Shown here one piece after another: positions 26,946 through 39,246 of a stretch of 39,646 bases of DNA. Each line of letters starts with the position of its first letter. Within the stretch, counting starts at the first letter, position 1. Below the pieces are notes generated by a model, which saw nothing but the letters and a program-made list of their open reading frames with translations, had not been told where the DNA came from and made no database searches. The stretch lies in sequence record JN600960.1; one strand, 5' to 3'. A program made the position numbers and the translations under genes. This DNA is from Enterobacteria phage IME10.

Positions 26946-27121
26946 TGCTTAGCCCATCCCAATCCCTTCAATACCAGAAAGAAAGCGTCGAGCGGGCTTT
27001 AACGTGCGCTAACTGCGACCAGAAGCTGCATGTGCTGGAAGTTCACGTGTGTGAGCACTGCTGCGCAGAACTGATGAGCGATCCGAATAGCTCAATGTAC
27101 GAGGAAGAAGACGATGGCTAA
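26945..27121 (+). CDS. ninF: NinF
   Basis: 58 aa [43 protein letters not shown]... matches lambda NinF as recalled; below the ORF-track cutoff. Confidence 0.75.
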   Translation: MLSPSQSLQYQKESVERALTCANCDQKLHVLEVHVCEHCCAELMSDPNSSMYEEEDDG

Positions 27122-27725
27122 ACCAGCGCGAAGACGATGTAAAAACGATGAATGTCGGGAATGGTTTCACCCTGCATTCGCTAATCAGTGGTGGTGCTCT
27201 CCAGAGTGTGGAGCCAAGATAGCACTCGAACGACGAAGCAAAGAACGCGAAAAAGCGGAAAAAGCAGCAGAGAAGAAACGACGACGAGAGGAGCAGAAAC
27301 AGAAAGATAAACTTAAGATTCGAAAACTCGCCTTAAAGCCCCGCAGTTACTGGATTAAACAAGCCCAACAAGCCGTAAACGCCTTCATCAGAGAAAGAGA
27401 CCGCGACTTACCATGTATCTCGTGCGGAACGCTCACGTCTGCTCAGTGGGATGCCGGACATTACCGGACAACTGCTGCGGCACCTCAACTCCGATTTGAT
27501 GAACGCAATATTCACAAGCAATGCGTGGTGTGCAACCAGCACAAAAGCGGAAATCTCGTTCCGTATCGCGTCGAACTGATTAGCCGCATCGGGCAGGAAG
27601 CAGTAGACGAAATCGAATCAAACCATAACCGCCATCGCTGGACTATCGAAGAGTGCAAGGCGATCAAGGCAGAGTACCAACAGAAACTCAAAGACCTGCG
27701 AAATAGCAGAAGTGAGGCCGCATGA
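27114..27725 (+). CDS. ninG: NinG (Rap) recombination protein
   Basis: 203 aa, Cys-rich N-terminus, lambda NinG-like sequence and position. Confidence 0.85.
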   Translation: MAKPARRRCKNDECREWFHPAFANQWWCSPECGAKIALERRSKEREKAEKAAEKKRRREEQKQKDKLKIRKLALKPRSYWIKQAQQAVNAFIRERDRDLPCISCGTLTSAQWDAGHYRTTAAAPQLRFDERNIHKQCVVCNQHKSGNLVPYRVELISRIGQEAVDEIESNHNRHRWTIEECKAIKAEYQQKLKDLRNSRSEAA

Positions 27726-27928
27726 CGTTCTCAGTAAAAACCATTCCAGACATGCTCGTTGAAGCATACGGAAACCAGACAGAAGTAGCACGCAGACTGA
27801 AATGTAGTCGCGGTACGGTCAGAAAATACGTTGATGATAAAGACGGGAAAATGCACGCCATCGTCAACGACGTTCTCATGGTTCATCGCGGATGGAGTGA
27901 AAGAGATGCGCTATTACGAAAAAATTGA
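27722..27928 (+). CDS. ninH: NinH
   Basis: 68 aa, lambda NinH-like. Confidence 0.8.
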   Translation: MTFSVKTIPDMLVEAYGNQTEVARRLKCSRGTVRKYVDDKDGKMHAIVNDVLMVHRGWSERDALLRKN

Positions 27929-28571
27929 TGGCAGCAAATACCGAAATATTTGGGTAGTTGGCGATCTGCACGGATGCTACACGAACCTGATGAAAAAACT
28001 GGAGGCGATAGGATTCGACACCAAAAAAGACCTGCTTATCTCGGTTGGCGATTTGGTCGATCGCGGTACAGAGAACGTCGAATGTATGGAATTAATCACA
28101 TTCCCCTGGTTCAGAGCTGTACGTGGAAACCATGAGCAAATGATGATTGATGGCTTATCAGAGCGTGGAAACGTTAATCACTGGCTGCTTAATGGCGGTG
28201 GCTGGTTCTTTAATCTCGATTACGACAAAGAAATTCTGGCTAAAGCTCTTGCCCATAAAGCAGATGAACTTCCGTTAATCATCGAACTGGTGAGTAAAGG
28301 GAAAAAATATGTCATCTGCCACGCCGATTATCCTTGTGACGAATACGAGTTTGGAAAGCCAGTTGATCATCAGCAGGTAATCTGGAACCGCGAACGAATC
28401 AGCAACTCACAAGACGGGATCGTGAAAGAAATCAAAGGCGCGGACACGTTCATCTTTGGTCATACGCCAGCAGTGAAACCACTCAAATTTGCCAACCAGA
28501 TGTATATCGATACCGGAGCAGTGTTCTGCGGAAACCTCACATTGATTCAGGTACAGGGAGAAGGCGCATGA
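27906..28571 (+). CDS. ninI: Serine/threonine protein phosphatase (lambda PPase / NinI)
   Basis: Start [24 protein letters not shown]; GDLVDRG and GNHE metallophosphatase motifs. Confidence 0.9.
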   Translation: MRYYEKIDGSKYRNIWVVGDLHGCYTNLMKKLEAIGFDTKKDLLISVGDLVDRGTENVECMELITFPWFRAVRGNHEQMMIDGLSERGNVNHWLLNGGGWFFNLDYDKEILAKALAHKADELPLIIELVSKGKKYVICHADYPCDEYEFGKPVDHQQVIWNRERISNSQDGIVKEIKGADTFIFGHTPAVKPLKFANQMYIDTGAVFCGNLTLIQVQGEGA

Positions 28572-29191
28572 GACTCGAAAGCGTAGCTAAATTTCATTCG
28601 CCAAAAAGCCCGATGATGAGTGACTCACCACGGGCCACGGCTTCTGACTCTCTTTCCGGTACTGATGTGATGGCTGCTATGGGGATGGCGCAATCACAAG
28701 CCGGATTCGGAATGGCTGCATTCTGTGGTAAGCACGAACTCAGCCAGAACGACAAACAAAAGGCTATCAACTATCTGATGCAATTTGCACACAAGGTATC
28801 GGGGAAATACCGTGGTGTGGCAAAGCTTGAAGGAAATACTAAGGCAAAGGTACTGCAAGTGCTCGCAACATTCGCTTATGCGGATTATTGCCGTAGTGCC
28901 GCGACGCCGGGCGCAAGATGCAGAGATTGCCACGGTACAGGCCGTGCGGTTGATATAGCCAAAACGGAGCAGTGGGGGAGAGTTGTTGAGAAAGAGTGCG
29001 GAAGATGCAAAGGTGTCGGCTATTCAAGAATGCCAGCAAGCGCCGCATATCGCGCTGTAACGATGCTAATCCCAAACCTTACTCAACCCACCTGGTCACG
29101 CACTGTTAAGCCACTGTATGACGCTCTGGTGGTGCAATGCCACAAGGAAGAGTCAATCGCAGACAACATTTTGAATGCGGTCACACGTTAG
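28568..29191 (+). CDS. Q: Late antiterminator Q
   Basis: 207 aa, essentially identical to lambda Q as I recall it. Confidence 0.9.
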   Translation: MRLESVAKFHSPKSPMMSDSPRATASDSLSGTDVMAAMGMAQSQAGFGMAAFCGKHELSQNDKQKAINYLMQFAHKVSGKYRGVAKLEGNTKAKVLQVLATFAYADYCRSAATPGARCRDCHGTGRAVDIAKTEQWGRVVEKECGRCKGVGYSRMPASAAYRAVTMLIPNLTQPTWSRTVKPLYDALVVQCHKEESIADNILNAVTR

Positions 29192-29233
29192 CAGCATGAT
29201 TGCCACGGATGGCAACATATTAACGGCATGATA

Positions 29234-29262
29234 TTGACTTATTGAATAAAGTTGGGTAAATT
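29234..29262 (+). promoter_or_regulatory. Late promoter PR' (-35 TTGACT, -10 TAAATT) with qut site
   Basis: Lambda-like PR' sequence directly downstream of Q; 17-nt spacer. Confidence 0.75.
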
Positions 29263-29268
29263 TGACTC

Positions 29269-29461
29269 AACGATGGGTTAATTCGCTCGTTGTGGTAGTG
29301 AGATGAAAAGAGGCGGCGCTTACTACCGATTCCGCCTAGTTGGTCACTTCGACGCATCGTCTGGAACTCCAACCATCGCAGGCTGAGAGGTCAGTAAAAT
29401 GCAATCCCGAAACAGTTCGCAGGTAATAGTTAGAGCCTGCATAACGGTTTCGGGATTTTTT
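29269..29461 (+). ncRNA. Short late leader transcript (lambda 6S RNA equivalent) from PR' to tR'
   Basis: About 193 nt between the predicted PR' start and the tR' terminator, as in lambda. Confidence 0.55.
29403..29461 (+). terminator. tR' intrinsic terminator
   Basis: Stem AATCCCGAAAC...GTTTCGGGATT followed by T6. Confidence 0.8.
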
Positions 29462-30000
29462 ATATCTGCACAACAGGTAAGAGCATTGAGCCGATAATCG
29501 TGAAGAGTCGGCGAGCCTGGTTAGCCAGTGCTCTTTCCGTTGTGGTGAATACGCAGGCTGATGCGTTAATCAGGTGAACGAGACACCCGCCGGTCCGTGA
29601 TATGGCACACTGTGCCGGTCATATCTGCCGCGGTTAGGTTTACGAGGATTTCGTAAAGCTGGTCTAGGGTGAAGCCGTGAAAGCGGAGGAAGTAAAACGA
29701 GGCGTCGGTACACGCCTATCGTCATTAAGTCGGAGTTCAGCACCGACCGCCACAACCCAACCTGAGCCGTAGCCACTGGCTGTCCTGAATTCATCAGTGA
29801 TAGTTATGCTGCGTCCTTCTACACATGACCTTCGTGAAAGCGGGTGGCAAGAGGCTGCGCTAACAACCTCCTGCCGTTTTGCCCGTGCATATCGGTCACG
29901 AACAAATCTGATTACTAAACACAGTAGCCTGGATTTGTTCTATCAGTAATCGACCTTATTCCTAATTAAATAGAGCAAATCCCCTTATTGGGGGTAAGAC

Positions 30001-30324
30001 ATGAAGATGCCAGAAAAACATGACCTGTTAGCCGCCATTCTCGCGGCAAAGGAACAAGGCATCGGGGCAATCCTTGCGTTTGCAATGGCGTACCTTCGCG
30101 GCAGATATAATGGCGGTGCGTTTACAAAAACAGTAATCGACGCAACGATGTGCGCCATTATCGCCTGGTTCATTCGTGACCTTCTCGACTTCGCCGGACT
30201 AAGTAGCAATCTCGCTTATATAACGAGCGTGTTCATCGGCTACATCGGTACTGACTCGATTGGTTCGCTTATCAAACGCTTCGCTGCTAAAAAAGCCGGA
30301 GTAGAAGATGGTGGAAATCAATAA
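30001..30324 (+). CDS. S: Holin S (dual-start MKM motif: antiholin/holin)
   Basis: 107 aa class I holin, lambda S-like; Met1-Lys2-Met3 dual start. Confidence 0.9.
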   Translation: MKMPEKHDLLAAILAAKEQGIGAILAFAMAYLRGRYNGGAFTKTVIDATMCAIIAWFIRDLLDFAGLSSNLAYITSVFIGYIGTDSIGSLIKRFAAKKAGVEDGGNQ

Positions 30325-30784
30325 TCAACGTAAGGCGTTCCTCGATATGCTGGCGTGGTCAGAGGGAACTGATAACGGACGACAGAAAACCAGAAATCAT
30401 GGTTATGACGTCATTGTTGGCGGAGAGCTATTCACTGATTACTCCGATCACCCTCGCAAACTTGTCACGCTAAACCCAAAACTCAAATCAACAGCCGCCG
30501 GACGTTACCAGCTTCTTTCCCGTTGGTGGGATGCCTATCGTAAGCAGCTTGGCCTGAAAGACTTCTCTCCCAAAAGCCAGGACGCTGTGGCACTGCAACA
30601 GATTAAAGAGCGTGGCGCTTTACCGATGATTGACCGCGGTGATATTCGTCAGGCAATCGACCGTTGCAGCAATATCTGGGCTTCACTTCCGGGGGCTGGT
30701 TATGGCCAGTTCGAGCATAAGGCTGACAGCCTGATTGCAAAATTCAAAGAAGCAGGCGGAACGGTCAGAGAGATTGATGTATGA
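30308..30784 (+). CDS. R: Endolysin R (lytic transglycosylase)
   Basis: 158 aa, lambda R-like ([24 protein letters not shown]). Confidence 0.9.
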   Translation: MVEINNQRKAFLDMLAWSEGTDNGRQKTRNHGYDVIVGGELFTDYSDHPRKLVTLNPKLKSTAAGRYQLLSRWWDAYRKQLGLKDFSPKSQDAVALQQIKERGALPMIDRGDIRQAIDRCSNIWASLPGAGYGQFEHKADSLIAKFKEAGGTVREIDV

Positions 30785-31218
30785 GCAGAGTCACCGCGAT
30801 TATCTCCGCTCTGGTTATCTGCATCATCGTCTGCCTGTCATGGGCTGTTAATCATTACCGTGATAACGCCATGACCTACAAAGAACAGCGCGACAAAGCC
30901 ACATCCATCATCGCTGACATGCAGAAGCATCAACGTGATGTAGCAGAACTCGACGCAAGATACACAAAGGAGCTTGCTGATGCTAACGCGACTATCGAAA
31001 GCCTCCGTGCTGATGTTTCTGCTGGTCGTAAGCGCCTGCAAGTCGCCGCCACCTGTGCAAAGTCAACGACCGGAGCCAGCGGCATGGGCCATGGAGAAAG
31101 CCCAAGACTTACAGCAGATGCTGAACTCAATTATTACCGTCTCCGAAGTGGAATCGACAGGATAACCGCGCAGGTTAACTACCTGCAGGAGTACATCAGG
31201 ACGCAATGCCTGAAATAA
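30781..31218 (+). CDS. Rz: Spanin inner-membrane subunit Rz
   Basis: N-terminal TM anchor and coiled-coil; the N-terminal third is lambda-like, the C-terminal part diverges. Confidence 0.85.
   Translation: MSRVTAIISALVICIIVCLSWAVNHYRDNAMTYKEQRDKATSIIADMQKHQRDVAELDARYTKELADANATIESLRADVSAGRKRLQVAATCAKSTTGASGMGHGESPRLTADAELNYYRLRSGIDRITAQVNYLQEYIRTQCLK
30974..31165 (+). CDS. Rz1: Spanin outer-membrane lipoprotein Rz1, embedded in Rz in the +1 frame
   Basis: Embedded ORF with lipobox LVVSAC and a Pro-rich mature region. Confidence 0.7.
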   Translation: MLMLTRLSKASVLMFLLVVSACKSPPPVQSQRPEPAAWAMEKAQDLQQMLNSIITVSEVESTG

Positions 31219-31250
31219 TTTTTTTGCAAATCACAAAGTCAATTTAATGA

Positions 31251-31272
31251 GCCTCGCGATGCGGGGCTTTTT
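31251..31272 (+). terminator. Intrinsic terminator after the lysis cassette
   Basis: GCCTCGC-GAT-GCGGGGC (one G-U pair) followed by TTTTT. Confidence 0.5.
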
Positions 31273-31296
31273 ATTCCCAACTCTATAGGTAATTTT

Positions 31297-31797
31297 ATGA
31301 CCCAGCATATTGGCGTAAAACTGATTAACGCCTTTCCGATGACGAGACAGGCATATAACGATTTTCGTGGCTGGCAGCTTCCTGCCGGAGAAAACGGCGA
31401 GGACGAAGGCTATCTGGTTGAATATCTGGATGGCGGAAAACCTAACACCGATCGCTTTGATGGCTACGTTAGCTGGAGTCCAAAAGAAGTATTCGAAAAG
31501 GCTTATCGTCAGGTATCAGGGCTAAGTTTCGGCCTTGCCATCGAAGCACTCAAACTGGGTAAGAAAGTTACCCGTGCTGGCTGGAATGGGAAAGGCATGT
31601 ATCTGCAATTAGTTCAGCCACCGCAATCAGCCACTCCGAATGATTGGCGCTATGACGTTACATGTGGTGACGAGTATACATTTGTTCCTGGTGTAAAACT
31701 TCTTCCCTGGATTGGGATGAAGACTGCTGATTGTAAATTTGTTCCGTGGTTGGCGAGTCAGACTGATGTTCTGGCTGAAGACTGGCAAATCATTTAA
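31297..31797 (+). CDS. DUF2829-like protein (Tad2-like fold candidate) with an N-terminal extension
   Basis: C-terminal half [26 protein letters not shown] ... [32 protein letters not shown] resembles the DUF2829 family from memory. Confidence 0.5.
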   Translation: MTQHIGVKLINAFPMTRQAYNDFRGWQLPAGENGEDEGYLVEYLDGGKPNTDRFDGYVSWSPKEVFEKAYRQVSGLSFGLAIEALKLGKKVTRAGWNGKGMYLQLVQPPQSATPNDWRYDVTCGDEYTFVPGVKLLPWIGMKTADCKFVPWLASQTDVLAEDWQII

Positions 31798-32088
31798 CCA
31801 TGTAGGCATTACAAAGCCCATCTACGGGTGGGCTTGATAATGAAACCGTGATTTACATCCCCACAATCCGGGTATGTAAAAGATAGTTCAGGCGAGAACA
31901 GATTTAACTAAATCTGTGCACCACCAGTTACGGAAGTACAGCGACACAACCCAAGCCAGTAAGTGGGGAAATAACACTGGCAGCCACTGAAAGATGAACC
32001 TCCAGCCTTATGGCAAAAAAGATTCTTTGTGGTGGCGGACTGATGGAAAGACATCCTAATCAAGCAACCACGCCACAGGGGCATAATT

Positions 32089-32469
32089 ATGAACGACCAG
32101 CAAATCGAAAAAGAAATCGTTGAGAAAGGCAAAACCGCTCCGCGAGTTACCCCGCAGCACATCGAAGACGTGATTAAAAGCGAGCATTACTTTACTGCTT
32201 ATGATGGACGAAATGGTGCCATTTCCAGCAACGAATATTGTGGCAGGGAAAAACCAGAAGAAGGCGATCGTGATTTATCACCATTGAAGTTGCTCAATTT
32301 CTGCGTACTGGTGCTGAAGAATGGCTTCACCGTCACCGGAGAGAGTGCCTGTGCAAGTCCGGAAAATTTTGATGCAGAAATTGGTCGGAAGATTGCCAGA
32401 CAGAATGCTGTAAACAAAATCTGGATGCTCGAAGGTTACTTGCTGAAGCAGAAGCTAAGCGAACAGTAG
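32089..32469 (+). CDS. Phage gp49/Sf6 gp66-family protein
   Basis: 126 aa; NGFTVTGESACASPENFDAEIGRKIARQNA resembles the Phage_gp49_66 family from memory. Confidence 0.5.
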   Translation: MNDQQIEKEIVEKGKTAPRVTPQHIEDVIKSEHYFTAYDGRNGAISSNEYCGREKPEEGDRDLSPLKLLNFCVLVLKNGFTVTGESACASPENFDAEIGRKIARQNAVNKIWMLEGYLLKQKLSEQ

Positions 32470-32572
32470 TTATTACAAAAGCCATTCCCTACAGAGTGGC
32501 TTTGATAATGGCTTATACCCTACACGGGATAACTTAACTGATATCCCTTTTAACGGATAAACGGAGCCAACA

Positions 32573-32815
32573 ATGGCAGAGATTACCCCCATGACTGAAG
32601 AACAGAAATTCCAGTTAGAGATTTACAAGCTGGTCATGAACCAGAACGCAGCCGCAGAAGAAGCATTTCAATTCATTGGCACTGACGAGCTGAAGCTTGA
32701 GCTATTCAAAATTCACTTCCAGTCAGGCGGCGCTAATTCAGATATCACGATCCGCACATTCGAAGCGGTGCGTAAATCTAAGGAAGCGTTAGACCTGTTC
32801 ACTACCGGAGCATGA
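32573..32815 (+). CDS. Hypothetical protein (80 aa)
   Basis: ORF with GGAG RBS upstream of the terminase genes. Confidence 0.45.
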   Translation: MAEITPMTEEQKFQLEIYKLVMNQNAAAEEAFQFIGTDELKLELFKIHFQSGGANSDITIRTFEAVRKSKEALDLFTTGA

Positions 32816-32850
32816 TGCTCAACCTGAAATAACAACTAAGTGAGATGAAT

Positions 32851-33339
32851 ATGGCAGCACCAAAGGGCAACCGATTTTGGGAGGCCCGCAGTAGTCATGG
32901 GCGAAATCCTAAATTCGAATCGCCTGAGGCGCTGTGGGCTGCTTGTTGTGAATACTTCGAGTGGGCTGATGATAACCCGCTATGGGAGGGTAAGGTATTT
33001 TCATATCAGGGAGAAATAATTAAGGCTAATGTCCCTAAGATGCGAGCCATGACTATTTCAGGATTGTGCACCTTCCTTGATATCACCAGGCAAACATGGG
33101 GAACCTTCCGGTCAATGGAAGGTTTTTCTGACGTCACATCACGAGCGGAAGACATCATCTACGACCAGAAATTCTCTGGCGCAGCCGCTGACCTTCTCAA
33201 CGCTAACATCATCGCCCGTGATTTGGGCCTCAAAGAGCAGTCGCAAGTTGAAGACGTGACACCTGATAAGGGAGATCGCGATAAGCGACGCTCTCGTATC
33301 AAGGAGCTATTCAACCGTGGAACTGGACGCGATTCTTGA
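32851..33339 (+). CDS. Terminase small subunit (P22 gp3-like)
   Basis: Start [22 protein letters not shown] matches P22 gp3 as recalled; the pac site is expected inside this gene in P22-like phages. Confidence 0.9.
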   Translation: MAAPKGNRFWEARSSHGRNPKFESPEALWAACCEYFEWADDNPLWEGKVFSYQGEIIKANVPKMRAMTISGLCTFLDITRQTWGTFRSMEGFSDVTSRAEDIIYDQKFSGAAADLLNANIIARDLGLKEQSQVEDVTPDKGDRDKRRSRIKELFNRGTGRDS

Positions 33340-34816
33340 TAACCTGAGCGACGAAGAGCAAATCGAATTGCTCGAGCTACTCGAAGAAGAAGAGAACTAC
33401 AGGAACACACACCTGCTATATGAATTTACGCCATACAGCAAACAGCGTGAGTTCATCGACGCCGGGCATGACTATCCAGAGCGCTGTTTTATGGCTGGTA
33501 ACCAGCTTGGTAAGTCATTTACCGGTGCTGCCGAAGTCGCGTTTCACCTTACAGGGCGTTATCCGGGCACAAAAGGCTATCCTGCTGATGGTAAATATGG
33601 CGGTGAGTGGAAAGGTAAGCGTTTCTATGAGCCTGTTGTCTTCTGGATTGGCGGCGAGACAAACGAGACGGTAACCAAAACGACTCAACGCATCCTGTGC
33701 GGTCGTATCGAAGAGAATGACGAGCCAGGCTACGGTTCCATACCGAAAGAAGACATCATTAGCTGGAAGAAGTCTCCTTTCTTTCCGAACCTTGTTGATC
33801 ACCTTCTGGTTAAGCATCACACGGCTGATGGCGTTGAAGATGGCATTTCAATCTGCTACTTCAAACCATACTCGCAAGGCCGTGCTCGATGGCAGGGTGA
33901 CACAATCCACGGTGTGTGGTTTGACGAAGAACCACCATACAGCATTTATGGTGAAGGCCTTACCCGTACCAACAAATACGGTCAATTCTCAATTCTGACG
34001 TTTACCCCGCTGATGGGGATGTCTGACGTTGTTACCAAGTTCCTGAAGAACCCCAGCAAGTCTCAGAAAGTGGTCAACATGACCATCTATGACGCTGAGC
34101 ACTATACCGACGAGCAGAAAGAACAAATCATCGCATCCTATCCAGAGCATGAGAGAGAGGCGCGTGCTCGAGGTATTCCTACGATGGGTAGCGGTCGAAT
34201 CTTCCAGATACCGGAAGAGACGATTAAGTGTCAGCCGTTCGAGTGTCCTGATCACTTCTACGTAATTGGCGGGATGGATTTCGGATGGGATCACCCACAG
34301 GCGCAGGTTCAGCTTTGGTGGGATAAGGACGCAGACACAATCTACGTTTCACGCGTGTGGAAGGCGAAAGAAAAAACAGCCGTTCAGGCGTGGGGAGCAG
34401 TTAAATCATGGGCGCATAAAGTGCCAACCGCATGGCCTCATGACGGAAACCAGCACGAGAAGGGCGGCGGTGAGCAGCTTAAAGGGCAGTACGCGGAAGC
34501 TGGTTTTATGATGTTGCAGGAGCATGCGACATGGCCTGATGGCGGTAATGCTGTTGAGCCTGGCATCACTGAATTGCGCGACATGATGCTTGATGGTCGC
34601 TTCAAAGTATTCAACACCTGTGAGCCATTCTTTGAGGAGTTCCGCCTCTATCACCGTGATGAAAACGGGAAAATCGTCAAGCTTAACGACGACGTGCTAT
34701 CCGCCGTTCGCTATGCATACATGATGCGCCGCTTCGCAAAAATGATGCGCGACATCAAAAAACCAAAAGAGAAAAAGATACCAGCCCCAATCAGGCCCAT
34801 CGCACGGAGAACTTAA
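33317..34816 (+). CDS. Terminase large subunit (P22 gp2-like)
   Basis: 499 aa; ATPase Walker A-like GNQLGKS and C-terminal nuclease domain; overlaps gp3 end. Confidence 0.9.
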   Translation: MELDAILDNLSDEEQIELLELLEEEENYRNTHLLYEFTPYSKQREFIDAGHDYPERCFMAGNQLGKSFTGAAEVAFHLTGRYPGTKGYPADGKYGGEWKGKRFYEPVVFWIGGETNETVTKTTQRILCGRIEENDEPGYGSIPKEDIISWKKSPFFPNLVDHLLVKHHTADGVEDGISICYFKPYSQGRARWQGDTIHGVWFDEEPPYSIYGEGLTRTNKYGQFSILTFTPLMGMSDVVTKFLKNPSKSQKVVNMTIYDAEHYTDEQKEQIIASYPEHEREARARGIPTMGSGRIFQIPEETIKCQPFECPDHFYVIGGMDFGWDHPQAQVQLWWDKDADTIYVSRVWKAKEKTAVQAWGAVKSWAHKVPTAWPHDGNQHEKGGGEQLKGQYAEAGFMMLQEHATWPDGGNAVEPGITELRDMMLDGRFKVFNTCEPFFEEFRLYHRDENGKIVKLNDDVLSAVRYAYMMRRFAKMMRDIKKPKEKKIPAPIRPIARRT

Positions 34817-36982
34817 ATGGCCGACGAAAACAGACTCAATTCCATTCTGTGTAAGTTTGACGCAGACTGGATGGCGAGCGATGAAGCCAGAACCGAGGCG
34901 ACAAATGACCTGTATTTTAGCCGAGTGTCGCAATGGGATGACTGGCTATCAAACTACACGACTCTGCAATATCGCGGACAATTCGATGTTGTTCGCCCGG
35001 TGGTCAGGAAACTGGTCGCAGAGATGCGCCGGAACCCTATCGACGTTCTCTTCCGACCCAAAGACGGTGCTAATCCTGATGCAGCCGATGTGTTGATGGG
35101 GATGTATCGTACTGATATGCGCCATAACACGGCAAAGATTGCCGTTAACGTTGGCGTTCGTGAGCAGATAGAGTCCGGCGTTGGTGCATGGCGTCTGGTC
35201 ACGCAGTACGAAGACAACGACCCAACAAGCAACAATCAGGTAATCCGACGCCTGCCAATCCATGAAGCTTGCTCACACGTTATATGGGACGCCAACAGCA
35301 AGCAGATGGATAAGAGCGACGCTAAGCACTGCACGGTGATTAACGCCTTGTCGCGCAATGGCTGGAAAGAGTTCGCAGAGGATTACGGTATTGACCCGGA
35401 TACCTTGCCATCTTTCCAGAATCCTAACGATACATGGCTATTCCCGTGGGTGTCGAATGATGTCGTCTACGTCGCTGAGTATTACGAGGTAGAAGAGAAG
35501 AAGGAGAAGGTCTTCATCTACCGCGACCCGCTGACAGGTGAGCCGGTCAGCTATTACCAGCAGGATATCAAAGACGTCATCGACGACCTGGCTAATCGTG
35601 GATTCATTAAGGTAGCAGAGCGCAAGTTGAAGCGTCGGCGTGTGTATAAGTCGATCATCACCTGCACGCAGATACTGAAAGACCGCGAGAAGATAGCCGG
35701 AGAGCATATTCCAATCGTTCCAGTGTATGGCGAATGGTCATTCGCTGGTGACAAGGAGTGCTACGAAGGAGTGGTAAGGCTGACGAAAGACGGTCAACGC
35801 CTTCGTAACATGATCATGTCGTTCAACGCCGATATTGTTGCTCGTTCACCGAAGAAGAAACCGACCTTCTTCCCTGAGCAAATCGAAGGCTACGAATACA
35901 TGTACGGTGGAAATGATGACTATCCGTACTATCTGCAGAACAGGACCGATGAAAACGGTAACGACCTGCCGATTGGTCCAATCTCCTACATGGAAAACCC
36001 TGAAGTGCCGCAAGCCAACGCTTACATGCTTGAGGCTGCCACCAACGCAGTGAAAGAGGTGGCTAGTCTTGGTGTGGATGCGCAGGCAGCAAACTCTCAG
36101 GTCGCTTTCGATACCGTCAATCAACTGAACATGCGGGCAGACCTTGAGACATACGTGTTTCAGGATAACCTTGCTACCGCAATGCGACGTGATGGCGAGA
36201 TTTATGCCTCAATGGTCAATGATATTTATGACGTTCCTCGTCATGTAACGCTGACACTTGAAGATGGTAGCGAGAAAGACGTTCAACTCTACGCGCAAGT
36301 TGTAGATTACCAGTCCGGTAATGTGGTCACACTCAACGACATTCGCGGTCGCTATGAGTGCTATACCGACGTTGGACCATCCTTCCAGAGTATGAAGGAA
36401 CAGAACCGCGCAGAGATTCAGGAGTTACTCACCAAGGTTCCGCAAGGTACTCCAGAGTTCCAGATGCTGATGTTGCAATATTTCACGCTGCTTGACGGTA
36501 AAGGCGTCGAGATGATGCGAGAGTACGCGAACAAGCAACTGGTGATGATGGGGCTGAAGAAACCAGAAACACCTGAAGAGATGGAGATGGTGCAACAGGC
36601 GCAACAGCAGCCGCAGCAGCCATCAGCAGAGCAAATTCAGGCGCAGGGTATCCTTCTGCAAGGTCAGGCTGAATTGATCAAGGCAGAGAACCAACAGGCG
36701 CAGATTCAGGTTGAAGCCGCCAAGGTTGAAGCCCAAAACCAACTCAACGCCGCGAAGATTGCAGAAATCTTCAACAATATGGACCTCGACAAGCAGGCAG
36801 AACTGCGTGAGTACCTCAAGCTCGTAGGTCAATTCCAGCAACAGCGCAGCAAAGATGCTCGTGCTAACGCTGAGCTGCTTCTTAAAGATGCAGACCAGAC
36901 TCATTCACAACGCATGGATTTCGCGAATCTTATGCGTCAAGTTCAAATCCCCTCCGGCGGAGTAGCCGAGACACCTCAATAA
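34817..36982 (+). CDS. Portal protein (P22 gp1-like)
   Basis: 721 aa with Gln-rich C-terminal barrel region; position after the terminase. Confidence 0.9.
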   Translation: MADENRLNSILCKFDADWMASDEARTEATNDLYFSRVSQWDDWLSNYTTLQYRGQFDVVRPVVRKLVAEMRRNPIDVLFRPKDGANPDAADVLMGMYRTDMRHNTAKIAVNVGVREQIESGVGAWRLVTQYEDNDPTSNNQVIRRLPIHEACSHVIWDANSKQMDKSDAKHCTVINALSRNGWKEFAEDYGIDPDTLPSFQNPNDTWLFPWVSNDVVYVAEYYEVEEKKEKVFIYRDPLTGEPVSYYQQDIKDVIDDLANRGFIKVAERKLKRRRVYKSIITCTQILKDREKIAGEHIPIVPVYGEWSFAGDKECYEGVVRLTKDGQRLRNMIMSFNADIVARSPKKKPTFFPEQIEGYEYMYGGNDDYPYYLQNRTDENGNDLPIGPISYMENPEVPQANAYMLEAATNAVKEVASLGVDAQAANSQVAFDTVNQLNMRADLETYVFQDNLATAMRRDGEIYASMVNDIYDVPRHVTLTLEDGSEKDVQLYAQVVDYQSGNVVTLNDIRGRYECYTDVGPSFQSMKEQNRAEIQELLTKVPQGTPEFQMLMLQYFTLLDGKGVEMMREYANKQLVMMGLKKPETPEEMEMVQQAQQQPQQPSAEQIQAQGILLQGQAELIKAENQQAQIQVEAAKVEAQNQLNAAKIAEIFNNMDLDKQAELREYLKLVGQFQQQRSKDARANAELLLKDADQTHSQRMDFANLMRQVQIPSGGVAETPQ

Positions 36983-36995
36983 GAGAGAGTTAACC

Positions 36996-37907
36996 ATGGA
37001 CCAAACCACCGACATTCAGGCTTCTGAAGAATTAACCCTGCCCGGCAATCATGCAGCGGCATCTGCTGATGGCTTAGTTGTCGATAATGCCAACGACAGC
37101 GCAGGTCAGGAAGAAGGCTTTGAGATTGTCCTGAAAGACGATGAGAAACCAAAACAAGACCCGGCAACTAATGCTGAATTTGCCCGTCGCCGCATCGAAC
37201 GCAAACGCCAGCGTGAGCTTGAGCAGCAGATGGAAGCGGTTAAGCGTGGAGAGTTGCCGGAGCACCTGCGGGTGAACCCTGAGTTACCAAAACAACCAGA
37301 CCCTAACGATTATCTTTCCGAAGATGCACTGGCTAAGTACGACTATGACCAGAGCCGCGCACTGGCTGCCTTCCAGCAGGCAAACAGTGAATGGCAGATC
37401 AAGGCCATGGACGCACGAAGCCAGGCTGTCGCCGAGCAGGGTCGCAAAACTCAGGAGTTCACCCAGCAATCAGCGCAATACGTCGAGGCAGCCCGTAAGC
37501 ACTACGACGCAGCGGAAAAGCTCAATATCCCTGACTATCAGGAGAAAGAGGATGCATTCATGCAACTGGTGCCGCCAGCAGTCGGTGCCGACATCATGCG
37601 CCTCTTCCCGGAGAAATCCGCTGCTCTCATGTATCACCTTGGTGCTAATCCTGAGAAAACACGCCAGTTACTGGCGATGGACGGGCAATCCGCGCTGATT
37701 GAACTCACTCGACTGTCAGAACGTTTAACTCTCAAGCCTCGAGCCAAGTCTGTTTCAGAAGCCCCGTTACCTGATGAACCCATTCAGGGACACGCTGTTG
37801 CTGCAAATATCTCTGCGATTGAAAAGCAGATGGAAGCGGCAGCAAACAAAGGTGATGTAGAGACGTACCGCAAGCTTAAGGCGCAACTGAATAAAGGAAT
37901 TCGATAA
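36996..37907 (+). CDS. Scaffolding protein (P22 gp8-like)
   Basis: 303 aa, highly charged helical protein between portal and coat. Confidence 0.85.
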   Translation: MDQTTDIQASEELTLPGNHAAASADGLVVDNANDSAGQEEGFEIVLKDDEKPKQDPATNAEFARRRIERKRQRELEQQMEAVKRGELPEHLRVNPELPKQPDPNDYLSEDALAKYDYDQSRALAAFQQANSEWQIKAMDARSQAVAEQGRKTQEFTQQSAQYVEAARKHYDAAEKLNIPDYQEKEDAFMQLVPPAVGADIMRLFPEKSAALMYHLGANPEKTRQLLAMDGQSALIELTRLSERLTLKPRAKSVSEAPLPDEPIQGHAVAANISAIEKQMEAAANKGDVETYRKLKAQLNKGIR

Positions 37908-39202
37908 TGGCATTAAATGAAGGTCAACTGGTCACATATGCTCTGGATGAAATCATCGAAACCGTCCAGAACCTGACGCCAATGGCGTCCAAAGTGACAA
38001 AATACACCCCTCCGGCAGAATCCATGCAACGTTCAAGCAACACCGTGTGGATGCCTGTTGAGCAGGAAGCGCCAACTCAGACAGGCTGGAATTTAACTGG
38101 CAACGCAACCGGGATTCTGGAACTCTCCGTGAAATGCAACATGGGCGATCCGGATAACGATTTCTTCGAGCTTCGTGCAGATGACCTGCGTGATGAGCGT
38201 TCTTACCGTCGCCGCATCCAGGCATCCGCCAAAAAACTGGCGAATAACATTGAGTCAGCAATTGCCAAACAGGCAACCGAAATGGGCTCACTTGTTGTTC
38301 ACGATACCCGCGCAATTGGTCCATCTACTGGCCTGTCTGGCTGGGATTTTGTGTCTGATGCAGAGCGCCTGATGTTCTCCCGTGAGCTAAACCGCGATAT
38401 GGGCATCAGTTACTTCCTGAACCCTGACGATTACCGCAAAGCAGGCCGCAACCTGGTAGATGGTGACATCTTCGGGCGCGTTACTGAAGACGCGTATCGC
38501 AACGGTACTATTCAGCGTCAGATTGCTGGCTTTGATGAAATTCTTCGCTCACCGAAACTTCCGGCAGTTACCAAGTCAACCGCTACTGGTGTAACTGTTT
38601 CTGGTGCGCAGAAGTTTAAGCCGCAGGCATACACCCTTGATACCGATGGTAACAAAGAGAACGTCGACAACCGTGTTGCAACGGTGACCGTATCCTCCAC
38701 CACCGGATTTAAGCGCGGCGACAAAATCAGCTTCACTGGTGTGAAATTCCTGTCTCAGATGGCGAAGAACGTGCTGACTGATGATGCTACTTTCTCAATC
38801 ACCCGAGTGATCGATAGTACTCACATCGAAATCACGCCGAAGCCGATTGCGCTGGATGACGCGTCACTGACAAAAGAAGAGAAGGCTTACGCTAACGTAA
38901 ACACCTCTCTTGCTGATAACACTCCGGTAAACGTTCTGAACGTGGCAACAACCACTGCTAACGTGTTCTGGGCTGATGACTCAATCCGCCTGCTGTCTCA
39001 GCCGATTCCGGTAACCCATGAACTGTTTGCTGGCATGAAAACTTCTTCCTTCAGCATTCCAGGTATTGGTGTTAACGGCATCTTCGCAACGCAGGGTGAT
39101 ATCAACACTCTGTCTGGTAAGTGCCGTATTGCTGTGTGGTATTCAGCATGTGCTGTACGACCAGAGGCAATTGGCGTTGGTCTGCCTAACCAGACTGCGT
39201 GA
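37907..39202 (+). CDS. Major coat protein (P22 gp5-like, HK97 fold)
   Basis: 431 aa; extensive similarity to P22 coat as recalled (MALNEGQ..., [19 protein letters not shown] end). Confidence 0.9.
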   Translation: MALNEGQLVTYALDEIIETVQNLTPMASKVTKYTPPAESMQRSSNTVWMPVEQEAPTQTGWNLTGNATGILELSVKCNMGDPDNDFFELRADDLRDERSYRRRIQASAKKLANNIESAIAKQATEMGSLVVHDTRAIGPSTGLSGWDFVSDAERLMFSRELNRDMGISYFLNPDDYRKAGRNLVDGDIFGRVTEDAYRNGTIQRQIAGFDEILRSPKLPAVTKSTATGVTVSGAQKFKPQAYTLDTDGNKENVDNRVATVTVSSTTGFKRGDKISFTGVKFLSQMAKNVLTDDATFSITRVIDSTHIEITPKPIALDDASLTKEEKAYANVNTSLADNTPVNVLNVATTTANVFWADDSIRLLSQPIPVTHELFAGMKTSSFSIPGIGVNGIFATQGDINTLSGKCRIAVWYSACAVRPEAIGVGLPNQTA

Positions 39203-39210
39203 TAACCAGA

Positions 39211-39232
39211 GGGAGCTTCGGCTCCCTTTTTT
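39211..39232 (+). terminator. Intrinsic terminator directly after the coat gene
   Basis: GGGAGC-TTCG-GCTCCC followed by TTTTTT. Confidence 0.7.
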
Positions 39233-39246
39233 ATCTGGAGACAAAC

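Noticed and set aside
33130-33165. Specific pac site inside the small terminase gene
   Set aside because: A pac site is expected in this gene for P22-like phages, but I cannot reliably recall the consensus to locate it from sequence alone.
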